DNA of 64,000 nucleotides from Amoebophrya sp. A120 (lineage: Eukaryota; Protista; Dinoflagellata), in assembly GCA_905178155.1 (NCBI GenBank), contig CAJINV010000002.1, positions 7,656,743 through 7,720,742 of the forward strand, written 5' to 3'. Positions 38,001-49,831 of this stretch are shown here, one piece after another (within the stretch, counting starts at the first letter, position 1; each line of letters opens with the position of its first letter). The position numbers and the translations under genes were made by a program. The notes under the pieces were generated by a model. The model was not told where the DNA came from. It saw only the letters and a list, made by a program, of their open reading frames with translations, and made no database searches.

Positions 38001-41000
38001 CTTGGTGCTTGCCATGCGTCTTTTCCTCAGTCCTCTTTACTGCTCGCCCACCAGAACTTCTACTTTCATTCTCCACGGCCCCGCCGGGCTTGCTTCCGAC
38101 GTGCTCGTTATTTTGGTGCAGTGGTTCTAGCTTCTTTCCCCCTCCAGCGCCATCGGAACTTTGCTTCATGCTGTCGCCGCTGGAGGTGGTACCAGAACCG
38201 CGCTGGTCGTCGTGCCCCGTATTGTTCTCTCGACTTCTGTGCTTGTTCGTCGTAGCTTCTTTTTCATCTTGCAGACCAAGAATGTGTTCTGGCTTTCTCG
38301 TCTTTAGCTGCGACGCTTCCACCTCTTCTTTGTTCGAGGTGAAGGAAAACAGTACTTTGTGGTAGAGCCCCTCCTTAAAAAAGGCGATGATGCGAATGAA
38401 AAAAAAAGGGTCGGAAACCGCGTCCAAAATCGACACTTTGACCAGCACCGTGCCGGTCACTTGCCGCTTCTGTCGCGAGACGGAAAACCGTACCTCGGAA
38501 AACAAAATTTCCGGGTCGATGTGCTCAATTCGCTGCGTGAACCCGTAGTTTCGCGACGCGTCCCCGACCGCGAGAAAGTTGCGGTACTTCGTCGCCTTGA
38601 AAATCGTCGCGAAATCCACGCGCTCGAATCTAGTTTTATGTTCGTTTCATTTTGTTCCGAAAATGCTTCAAAATGGTGTCAAGTACGATATACCAGCAGC
38701 AGCAGGAGCTGGTGCACAAACACAAAGATGAGCATGAAGATTATAATTTACATACAAGATATAACTCCTATTGCTGAGCGGTGTGAGTTAAAACTTTGCG
38801 ACGGGGACGAAAATCGTCCACGCCGAGTATTTTTTTACAATTTGCAAACTTTCCAAAGCTGTCGCGGTTTGGGAAGTCGCCCAACGCCCAACGCCCAACG
38901 CCCAACGGCTTCAAATGTTTATTGGCTTCGAGTGTTTATTTTGCGGCTTCAAATATTTCGCGGCTTCAGATATTTCGCGGCTTCAAATATTTCGCGGCTG
39001 CAAATGTTTTGCGGCTGCAAATGTTTTGCGGCTTCAAATATTTCGCAGCTCGAAATATTCTGCAGCCCGAAATATTTTCCAGCTCGAAACATTTTCCAGC
39101 TCGAAATATTTTCCAGCTCGAAATATTTTCCAGCTCGAAATATTTTCCAGCTCGAAATATTTTCCAGCTCGAAATATTTTCCAGCTCGAAATATTTTCTA
39201 GCTCGAAAATATTTCGCAACGCAAAATATTCTGCAGGGAGGGTCACTCGGATCTGCGTGATCGCGTGGCACTTCCTTACTGAAGTCCCGAAGGAAAAAAA
39301 AACCTCAGCTGATCGCGCGTCCGAGGAGAGCAACGCGATCAGGCAGCCGAAGGTGGCGATCGCAGCCCTGCAAGCTGTACATGGATTGCCACCTATCCTA
39401 CTGGGAAATCTTTCCCCTGGGTAGCCAGAATTGCTGCGCTAAACACAGCAAGTCGGGGAATACAAGCAAAATTCTCCCTCGCCGAGCCAGTACCTTCCCG
39501 CTTTCCCAATATCCCCTCACTATCCTGATACCCTCCCAGCACCCTACTGGGAAATCTTTCCCCTGGGTAGCCGCACAGCAATTCGGGGAAAACCAGCAAA
39601 ATTCTCCCACCGCGAACCCGTACTCTACAAATGCCCCAATATCCCCTCATTATCCTGATACCCTCCCAGTACCCTACTGGGAGGGAAATCTTTCCCCTGG
39701 GTAGCCAGAATTGCTGTGCTAAACACAGCAACTCGGGCAAAAAAGCAAACTTTCCCCAGCCGTTGCCAATATCCTCCACATACCCTGAAGATACCCTCCC
39801 AGTATCCTACTGAAAACCCTCTCCCCGGGTAGCCAGAATATCTATGCTGAGCGCGCCAATTCGTAAGACTAAAGAGAAGCAAACCTCTATCATCCGTTCC
39901 CAATATCCTGTCAATAGACCGGTAGCCCCCAACTATCCCAATCCCTTCCCGTTAGCTCAATGTCTTCCCCGGGTAGCCAGAATAGCTGTGCTAAACACAG
40001 CAACTCGCGAAAAAAACCGAAAAGCCCCGAAATCTCCCCCGAAAATGCCCTTGGGCATCTCCAACCGAAATTCCGCCTGGATATGCCTTGGGGCGTCTTG
40101 CTTCGCCTGAAATTGCAGCAAAGCCCGCTCCGCAGATGCCTTCTCAATGTGTTTCCAGCTGGATTTCCAGATAGAAATGGAACAGGCCTCTTCAGCTGGA
40201 AATCCAGCTGGAAACACTTTGAACAGGCCAGGTGGGAAATGCATTGAGAAGGCGTCTGCAGCTGCATTTCCAGGTGGAAATGCGCTGCATCAGATGCCTT
40301 TTCCAAATGTTTCCAGCTGGATTCCCAGCTGGAAATGCATTGAAAACGTCTGCCGCCGTCTGGGGAACGCCGCCGGCGGCCAAGCACCAGGCGAGCAGCT
40401 GCCCACCACCCTCCCCCGGCGCCCTCCCTCCGTTCGCGAAGGGAAAGTCGCGCCCCAGCGCCAGGCTTGCGCGCGAGCAGCTGCCCACCACCCTCCCCCG
40501 GCGCCCTCCCTCTGTTCACGAAGAGGCCGGCAGAGGGCGCCACCGTCCGCCGTCTCTGTCTTGGAGGGTGCGCGCGAGGGAAGCAGGCGGGGGCGAAACA
40601 GATTGCATGCGGGCTAACACGGGAGGCGCCGTTGCTGTCCGGGGGTGCTGGGGGAGAATGGTGGGCCCCTGCGCCTGGGAGGGAGGCAATGAATGCCCCG
40701 CCCCGGCGCCCGTCTATCTTCCATCCACACGCGCGGCAGGGGCCCCAGCGCGCCCCCGTTCTGCAAAGCCGCGCGCGGGAGCAGGGCGGGGGGCACCAAG
40801 GCGCACAGGGGCGGGGCACACAGGCAGGCGGCACGAACGGGCCACACCACAAACGCGCGGGCGGGGCGTCACGCGCCAGCGCCTCGCATGGCGCGGACTG
40901 TTCCCCTGCTTCCTTCCCCCGTCCACTGGCGGCCGCCCGCTGCCGCGCTTTGCGTTGTTGCTTGGGCCTAAGGCTTGCCGCCACGCAAACGCGCGCCCAG

Positions 41001-42094
41001 TGCGGGCGGGGTCCTCGCGCTCGCACAACGACGGGAACCACGGGCGCCATGGCGCTCCGCCTTCGTTCTTTCAGCAAGAGGGGCGCAGATGCCTGGCCCC
41101 GCCCTGCGTCAAAAATTTTCTCCCTTGCCCCTCTGGCGTTTTTCTTTCCCCCCCGTCCACTCGTTCACCCTCCCACTGCGCGACATAAGTTGCGGCCTTG
41201 TAGAATTGTCCCTAAGATCGTCCTGCGACACAGAGCATTTCTTTCTTGACCTCCGCGAAGAAAAAAACATTGATATGGTACTGCGAAAAATTGACGAACT
41301 CCCCCGTTCGAACGTCTCGCAAATTCGCGCATCCTCGGGACTGGGGTGCGCCGCAGCGGCCAGGCTCGAAATCGATGTTATCGTCAAAGAAAAACACGAG
41401 CTTGTTGCAGTTTTCTTTTGTAGTGGTCCCACGAGTTGGATAATTGTTGGCGTCGCGGTTTCCAGCAAATTCACTGCTCCCTCCTCTTGACGGCAAAGGA
41501 CTTCTTCCGCTATCGTCCACTTTTTGCCGCTTTCTCGCGTGAGATATGCATGTGCCAAGACCCAGTTTTACCGCACACGCAGGAGATACAAAATAGAACA
41601 AAGAACGAACAACGATACTGTCACTACTACGGTCGGAGCGGACTGATCTTCGTGTTTATGTTCATCGGCACTGTTGGCACAATTCCATTTCTGTGTACTA
41701 CGTGGACGACAAAATAAATTTTCCAGTGGGTATGGGACGACGGCGACGCTGGGTCTCTTTCCAGTTCATCTGCAGCTTTGCTGTTTTTCTCTCCCGTGCC
41801 CTCATTCCGGCCCACTTCAACCGGTCTGGTACTACTTGTAGGACCCGAAGGACTGAAGCCGGGCGAGGAAGGAGCGGGAGTAGCGAAAACTGGGACAAAT
41901 TTTCCATAGCCGTTCCGCTCGTGGTGCTGGTGCCAAGTGTGGTAGTCGAAGACGGTGGTGTGCAAGCCCCGCAGGGGCCCGATCTGCTCCAAATACTCAG
42001 CGATGGCAGGTTGCAGCTCAGCGACATCCTCGTGTTGTAAGGAGAAAGCTTTCTTCTCCGCCGAGAGCGAGGCTCCTGCCGCGCCCGCGGACAT
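35073..42094 (-). CDS. HAD-superfamily-like protein with motif order III-IV-I-II (apparent circular permutation) and long low-complexity inserts; 3' end unresolved (may reach ~34460)
   Basis: Transcript order: FDYHTW..GYGKF (~41900-41950), FFFDDNI..DVRTGE (~41300-41395), then via GT-AG intron 41281-38630 to ORF 37372..38619 with LILMDINKT..GDSSTGKSLE (~37450-37510), then IVDAWRNL..LYTFGPD (~35300-35380). Strong GTAAGT donor at 35072. Some internal junctions are ambiguous. Confidence 0.6.
38630..41281 (-). other. 2,652-nt GT-AG intron containing a satellite island
   Basis: TCG CA|GTACCA ... ACTAG|A TTC joins EFVNFSQ-FERVDF in phase 2. Confidence 0.6.
38878..41160. repeat. Composite satellite island
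   Basis: (CGCCCAA)4 at ~38878; 17-bp AAATATTTTCCAGCTCG tandem at ~38930-39235; ~140-bp degenerate units with TTGCTGTG-CTAAA-CACAGCAA hairpins at ~39390-40010; CCAGCTGG palindrome cluster at ~40150-40345; GC-rich duplicated block at ~40370-41160. Confidence 0.9.
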
Positions 42095-43137
42095 GATATT
42101 TAGCAAAAACAATCCGCCTGCAGTTCTTCCCGCCTGTTCGATTATCAACTAACGAAAACCGACTTACTACGTGAAGAAAGTCCAGCCAAGAAAAAGCGAG
42201 CCTACACTTGTTGTTTTCACCCGGATAAAAAAGCGAGTTTCCGACTTGGTGCACCTTCATTTTGGAAGAATTGTCTTGAGGCTTTCAGATTTGAATTTGA
42301 TTGTCTTAAGCCATGCTTTTCAATTCAACTTGGCACTTCTAGCTTTCCTTCGCCTTTCGCACGTGATCAAAATACTTTTCTTGCAGCTCTGTTTATTGCA
42401 CCAACAAGGCTGCACTTTGGTTCATGGTGCGTGCTGCAGTAGTATTTGCGTTGGGAAATGCAACTACAACGGCCATATTACTGGAGCTCCAAGAACACCT
42501 TTGGTGAGAGCCACAACTTCATTCAGTACCAGTGGTGCGGCCTCATGTTCTAGTCATTGAAAGCAATACAGGTGACCTGCTGAATCAGGCTCGATGTATC
42601 AGCGGTGGCGAACACAAACAGACCAGGAACAAATTACCACCTCCACAGGAAGCAGAAGAGCAAGCTACAACAAACCAGCTGCGCATGATGCTTCACTGAT
42701 TTATTGATGATGAGCATCAGCTGCTAATTTACATTTTCTTGCTGTCATCAAAACAAAGAACAAAATCGATGACAACTTGTTGTCGGCCTTCGCCTTCTTC
42801 TTCGCGTCGCAATTAAAATAACTGATGAGGAAAGTACTATGGTAAAAAAACAATGACTCCGGATTGGGATACCGATCGAGATGGCTCTATCACAATGAAT
42901 CATAAAGCGCACAAGTGCCAAGTCGAAATAAATATTTTCGCGAAGCAAAAGCTCCTCTCCAAGTCCAACTTCAAATAAAAGAATCGTACATGAAATCTTT
43001 GAAGATCTTGTAGCGGGAGCTAGCAGGCGCATATGATGTGAGGAGGACACCTGCGTGCTGTAGTGCCCTTCTAGTTTTTGCCCACTGATCAGGGAGGTAC
43101 TAGTGTGCCATGATGGTTCATTTCACTTCATCGGTAG

Positions 43138-46100
43138 TTAGATGCCTGTCGTCTTGGTTGTATTAAGGCCGCTTGGTGCGGCCCGCGTTCGTGCAAAATT
43201 TGCGGACCCTGCCGCCTTCTTCCCTGGCAATTGCAGACGATTGGACTCGCGCAAGTTCTGCTGCATGGCGTTCCACCGAGATTGGTACTCCTTCACCGTC
43301 ATGGTCCGCCCGAGCCCCCGTGGAGGCGCTCCGCCAGACCCCGCTCGGAAAGTTGTAATGCTCCCCGCCGCGCCACCCTGCTGAGGTGGTAGATCACGAG
43401 CAGCATCGTCGCCTTGAATGGTTTGTACCGCTGATCCCTCCCCCAGCGCGCGGGGAGATGTGGTTGCGCCGAAGGGTGGCTCTCCTCCTAAAGGTGCAGG
43501 TGATGACAACGGGTAGGACTCGTTGTTCTCTGCTGCGTTACCAACCCTGGCTCGCCTCTCCTGCCCTCCGCGCTGTAGTTCCTCCTCCACCGCCGTGGCG
43601 AACCTCACTCCCGTCTCTCGCTGGGCTCCCACGGCACGCGCGGACGGACGAGATGTTTTGGTGACGAGAGGGCTGTTTTCAACATTTCCCCCTACAACTG
43701 GGTCGCCTGGGTCGCCAGTCGCCGCACCAGGCGGCAGAGTGTAGTTGCTTTTGGCAAAGACTCTATTACTCTTTGTGCTTGTCTCGTCCTCTACGATAGC
43801 TGCATTGTCCTCGGCAACGTCGTTGTCCTCATCTTCATCCACTTGCTGTTCTTCTTGCGAGCTGGCTACCGGCTCTACTTCCTGCTCGTCCCGCCCCGAC
43901 GAGTAGGCGGTGGCTTCCGCGGCCGAACCTCTTGACAGCGGCCCGTGATCGCGCAAAAGCTTGTCCACCCCCTGCATCAAAGTCTCATCGTCTTCTTGCT
44001 CCTCGCCGTCCGGGGACGACGAGGTTGCCGATGCGACGCCCAGCTTCTTCAGTTTAGTCAGCGGACCTACGTCCTGATTCAGGATTTGCAGCATGTCCTC
44101 CATGTCGTAGCGACGGAGCACCTCCCGCTCCTGCGGCGACAGCACCGGATTTGCCTCGCTTGAGGCCGCACTAGCAGTCTCATTCTCTTCTCCTTCGCCA
44201 TCCTGTTGCGCAACATCGCGGAGCGGACCACCTTCTCTTCGTGGTCGACCTGGAGCAGGGCTGCTTGCGCTACTGCTCCCTGCCGCTACCCTTAGCTGCG
44301 CCGTTTCCGGCGTGGATTGCGGCACATTTGGCGGTGTGACGGGCTCGACGACTTGTTCCCTGCGCTCTTGTTGCGAGGCGGATCGCAGAAGATCCCCGAT
44401 CTGCTCTTCCAGCGCCTCCTGCTCCTTCCCGCTGGGCCGCGCCTTCAACTGCAGCAGCAGAGAGGTATCTTGCGAGGGAGACGCAGATGATCCAGGAGAC
44501 GCCTTGTGATGATGTTGGTGAGCACCATCTTCCTCTTCTTCTTGCTTACTAGTCAGCATGGTCTTACTTTCTGCCGGAGTAGTTTGCTTACTGAATGCGC
44601 TGATGCGCTTCGTACCATCGCCGCTGCCGCGGTCGTCGGAGAGTGTACTTTCCGCATCATCAGCAGCTCTTTCCGTTGTAGCAGTTCCAGCATTTCCGCT
44701 ACCGTAGTAAACTTTTTTCCCGTAGTCGATAGCCGTCTTGACGATTTTGTGTCCCTTTTCGTACATTTCCCGCGGAGTGGGCAGCTTCTGTGGCATGTAA
44801 TCTATAACGTAGTCCCTGCTGTAGTAGTTTTTGTTCTGACCACCGTAGTTGTCGTAGTTGTGATTCGCGCCACCACGACCCCGTCCTCCCCGTCTGCGTC
44901 GCCGGGATCTTGTTCCACTTCCTGATTCCTGACTGTTGCTGCTCGACAGCTCTCCACTGCTCTCCACGGAGCTCGCCCCGCTCATTTGCGACGCGGCCTC
45001 GTCCTCTTCCAGCTCGTCAACCTTGCTCCTGTTGGTGATTTCGATCGCGGGTAACAGGCCACTCTTCAAATCATCCTCGTCGTCCTCCTTCGGACGCGAC
45101 GAGGCTGCTACAACAACGTCGCGTTCTTCGTAGTCATAAGAATCGCTTTTCTCCTTCTTTTTCTTCTTTTTGGAATAATTTTCGTCATAATTGTAGGACG
45201 AATTCGAATCGTAGTCGTAGTCCTTCTTCTTCTTTTTCTTTTTGATTTTGTCTCCACCTTCGCCCTTTGTTCCGGCCTCTATTCGTACGGTCTTGGCTGC
45301 TTTCGTCGAACTCGATCCTGGTGGTGGTGCACCACCTCCGTCGGAGTCATATTTTTGTTCCTCGCGGTAGTCTACCTCATCGGTGTTCTCGACTCGATTC
45401 GCCTCCTTCTTGTTCTTTTTCAACTCTTTCGCGCTTTTTCTGTATCCAAGGGAAAGCGATCTTGGGAATGGACTCATCGAAGCAAAATAACTCTATTCTG
45501 TATCAAATGTCCTCCGGTGGATGGACGAGACTTCTTGGTATGCCCGTTGACACGATCCACTTTTTCTCAGTTCGTTGAACAGTTGAGAGCTGAAGGAACG
45601 AAAAAGATTCCGCTGCATCATCAAGCTCACGTAAAGATTACATGGGGGCAGGGCGGGGCAGCAGGCTGACAACAAAGCATACTAATCGAGACAACCTCGC
45701 GAAATATGAGCGGTACAACATGCAAAGCAACAGACAAACTCATCTTCTAGGTTCCGGTTTTGTCTGATCTTGATCTTCTCGGTGATGAATCAGTATCAGC
45801 GAGCTGTTTTCTATGGATACCCTACGCCAGTATAGTACTATTGATGTGCTTCGATTCAATCCCCCCCGAGACCACGACGTTGCGCTCGCTTAGGATCCGC
45901 TCCAGCTGCTGCTCCACGCGGTCGAAGCGGGCAAGCAATTTTTCCAGATCCGACGGCGAAATCTTCACTGCCTCGTGTTTGTTCCGGCTTACCACTTCCT
46001 CGGCGAGGTCCTTCGCGTTGGGTATCTTCTTCTCGTGCTCCTGCACCAAGCGCTCGTGCAGCGACTCCGCCTGCTTCTTGAACTCCTCGCTGCGCAGGTA

Positions 46101-48266
46101 GTGATGGTGCTTGTGCACCTGCTCCTGCAGGTACTCGGCCCGCTCCTTGTGGATGTGCAGCTCGTGCTCGTGCACATTCTCCTGCTTTTCCAGCACCAGC
46201 TCCACCGTTTCCACCAGAAACGAGTGCAGTTCTTGCTCTTTCTGCTTCAGCAACTTGAGCAAAATGGCGAGCTCTGTGTCGGACTCCTGCTTTTCGGTGT
46301 ACAGACGCTCCAAAGCGTCGACCAATTCCTTTTGAAACTCCTCCTGGTAGTTAAGCTGTTGCAGGCTGAATCGCTGCATGATCTCGTCCTTGGCCACCTG
46401 CTCGCGCTGGTAGGACTGCTTGTGCAGCAGAGCCACCTCAGCGTGGTCCTGCTTTTCCAAATAGCACTTGGTGAGCAGCAAATAGTGTTCGAGCAGCATC
46501 CGCGCCGCGATCCCGGTTTCGGTGTCAGCCTGCAGCACAAAAGGCAGGATGTCTTCTACAACTGACTTCGCCAGCCGCTCGTCCGCGGCCTTCAGCAGTG
46601 CCAAGTCCGCAAGCAGCGCGAGCGGAATCTCTGCTTCTCCGAATAAATGCAGCGGTGGCGCGCCGGTGCTATTGTAGAACGAGCCGGGTGCCGGAGCTGC
46701 GATCGTGGAAGATACGGCTGGTGCGACTCCGCCCCCAGTGGATACTGGACCTGAAGATGATACATTTGCGGTCGTAGTTCAGTCTGTAAACACGCTCATC
46801 CTCGTTCTCCTTCTCTTTCATATTCGTCGGTTCCAAAAAAGTACATTAAACACATGCAAATAGATCAATCACAATGACCTTGTCCAGCAACAGGAACGTC
46901 GCACTGGTGGAGACAAGTCAGTCGCTAGCCGTAGTCTGTCTTTCCAAAAAATTTCTAGGCGTAGTCAAGTCTTTTGTCTGCACACGGACCGTATAACATT
47001 CTCATTGATCGGTGAAAGTGCGCTCGATGCTTCTACGTCTTCTATCTAGGCCTACAACGATTGATCAATTAGCCCTAGTGGAGTACCTCCATGATGGTAA
47101 TTTTCCTCCCCCGCGCCACTAGCAACGCCGGCATCGTGGTCGCTGTAGAAAAGTTGCAGTCCCGTCGACGAGGACCCGACATGCGCCGTCCGTTCGTGTT
47201 CAGGTATCATCACGTTGCTCTCTGCGCCACTTCTGCCTCCCCTTTCGCCGCGCAGATGGTAACCCAAGTCCTCTCTGCGCCCCAGAATGCGGTCGATGCT
47301 GCGGCGGGTGTCTCGATCCAGAATATCGTCCTCCTCGAAATCCTCTTCGGCGGACGAGGAACCGGAGGTAGAGTAGTCGGCGTCCTCCCCGTCGTCGGAT
47401 GAAAGCAAGTCCGCATCGCTGTCGTCGCCGCCCTCTACTTTCAACAGAAAATCACTGCCTTCCGCCGCCTCGCCCTCCGCGGTAACTGGTTGATGTTGAT
47501 ATTGCTCTTGCTGGCTTCCCACCTGCTTAGGAACCCAGTACATTTTCTTGCGATTCTTGTTGCGCCGCCGCCTTCGCCGCCCGCCCGCCCCGCTTCGCGG
47601 GGTACTGCTTGTGGACTCTGCGCCAGAGGAAAGAGCGTCGGAGGACAAGAGATCCTCGCCCTCCTCGTGGTCCCCCGAGCCAGCAAGTTGGTCGGTATTT
47701 TCGCCACGAGAGCCCACTCGCTTCCCCTCTAAAGCGGCCATCGCGGCTTGGCGCCTCGCGTTCGCAGCCTTCCTTCGCTTCCGCCCAGGTCGCCCGCGCG
47801 AACGCTGCGGTGTCATTGTCCCTTCGAGGGGCTTTGCGGTGGAGGAAAAGTCGCCTTGTTGGCCTGACATCGCTGCACTTCGACCGGTGCGTTCGGCGGC
47901 TGAGGACCTGCGGTGCGGAGCAGAAAGCGCTCGACCACTGCCCCCCGCAACAAGGTGGCGAGAAGATCGGGCTACGTTCTGTTCCGCCGCTTGCAAACTT
48001 TCGGCCAGCCGCGATTCGATGGTGTCTAGGCTCATTTGCTGCGTGACGAAGTCCAACGCCTCTGGCGTGAGGTGCTCCAGCCACCGGAGCGTGACCGCGT
48101 GCTCCTGCCCCGCCAGCTTCGCCAGGATGCCCTTGTGCCGCGCCTGCTGCTCGCACAGCACCAGAAACTCCCGCCGCCGGTTGGTGACCAACTGCTGGTG
48201 GTTGCGAATCTCCTCGCCCTGCTGCCGCAACTGCTGCAGCCCATCTTGCACGAAGTCAATACCCAT
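43138..48266 (-). CDS. Hypothetical coiled-coil/low-complexity protein (~1,468 aa)
   Basis: Exons 48266-47087, 46750-45826, 45439-43138 joined in frame by GT-AG introns. The middle exon has no ATG of its own and encodes a long E/Q/H/L-rich helix. Poly-K and poly-R tracts. Start may lie further upstream. Confidence 0.7.
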
Positions 48267-49831
48267 GGTTTTTTAGACGCTGTTCCTTCAGCCGCCAGCG
48301 GCCTTTTCCGCAAAAAATTGTAGAGACCTACTTGTTTCTTACGAGATCGTCGGAGCGGTGGCTGTTTCGCTGGTGAATCCAAGCCTCCGCACCTTCCGCT
48401 TCCTTTTCGGTTTCGTACAAGGTGGCCTTGCTGTCGTTCCTTTCCGCCGGCCTTAGTGCTAGTTCAACACCCCAACGGCTCCTGGCGAGGGGTACTCCAG
48501 TCCGGAAGAAACCTATCACTTCTGTGTACCACGCAAGGAAAGTGAAAGTGTTACGCAAACGCGATCATACTTGTAGAGACAACTCAGATTCCCGCTTCGG
48601 GTCCGGGGGCAGATCGCTGAGTATGTCATTTGAAATTGAAAATCTTAGCAGCTTACGGCTGAGACGAAACTAGAACTGCGCGCTCCGCTTTGATTGAATC
48701 GTAGTACAATTGAATTGTAGAAGACTATAAGGACAAAGCTCTTCTACTTCAAAAAAGGGGAGGAGTGTTTCAAATTGAAATTGCGCTAAAAGTGGATCTG
48801 CAACTGCAAACAAAGTCGGTCAGTAGCGCACGAAAATTAACTGTTGATTGGCATGGATTTGGATGGGGCCCGTCATCTTCGAAGTTCAATAAAAACGTTT
48901 GTACATGTAATTAGATATCAGGTAGCTGTAAAAACTGATTGGTTTGTAGTTGTGCAACACGACATTTGGAAGAGTTCAGAGTTCCAGTCAGCAACCCGTT
49001 GCCATGGTCAAGAGCAGATCACCACTCCCCGTGCACAAGTAGAGCGCTGCTTTCAAACTCAGCCCGTTGCTCGCAACTGATTGTGTGCGAGTTCCTGTCT
49101 AAGGTATGCAGCTAATCCTAATTGCTCTATCGCACGAAAAATTTGTAGAACGGCACGAAAGAGGATAATAACTCGAACGTGGGAAACTGTCACCGAGGAC
49201 GTCGCGCTTCCTTCATCTAGTACGAAGATCGTGCACGATACCAACAACGATGACGAGAAGTAAATTCAAGCACGGACGAAAAGTCACGAAACGTCGAACG
49301 AAACAAAACTGGACGAGAACAAAGAGCCACTTCTTTCTTGCAGCCCGAAGAAAGGTCAGTGAACCACGAAACGCAGGTGGAAGAGGAGACGCTACACACA
49401 GTCTGTGGTTGCAGCAGGAATTACAGCTACAAAATCGAAATTGATATTGCACTTCAAATTTCTGAGGGAATTCGATCGACGTTTTTGAAACGCGGCCGCT
49501 TGGAAGTCGGAATCACAAAGCTGTCTTAGTCTTTGACCTGAAAGAATGTATGATCCCTGTGAAGCAAGAGAATGTAGATGTACAACTACAATCTGCCAAC
49601 ATAAACATTTGGATTCGCCTGTCAACGTACTTTGTCGTGTGCAGCTCTCCTGCGCAACGGTGAATTACTTCTCGTTTGCACACTCGGTCCCAGCGTCATG
49701 ATACTGCTTTGGCTCTCTGGAGAGCCCCATACTCAGGTAGTGTACCTGATTGAATTTTGTTTTTTCACCAGTCAGTGCTTCTATTTAATCTGGATTGTCG
49801 TTCCTTCATCTGTTTTAGTCAGGCGAACTCT

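Noticed and set aside
38796-41249. ORFs such as (SSSKYFPARNIFQLEIF)n and GC-rich 260-388-aa ORFs
   Set aside because: Translations of the 17-bp tandem and GC-rich repeats with no coding signature.
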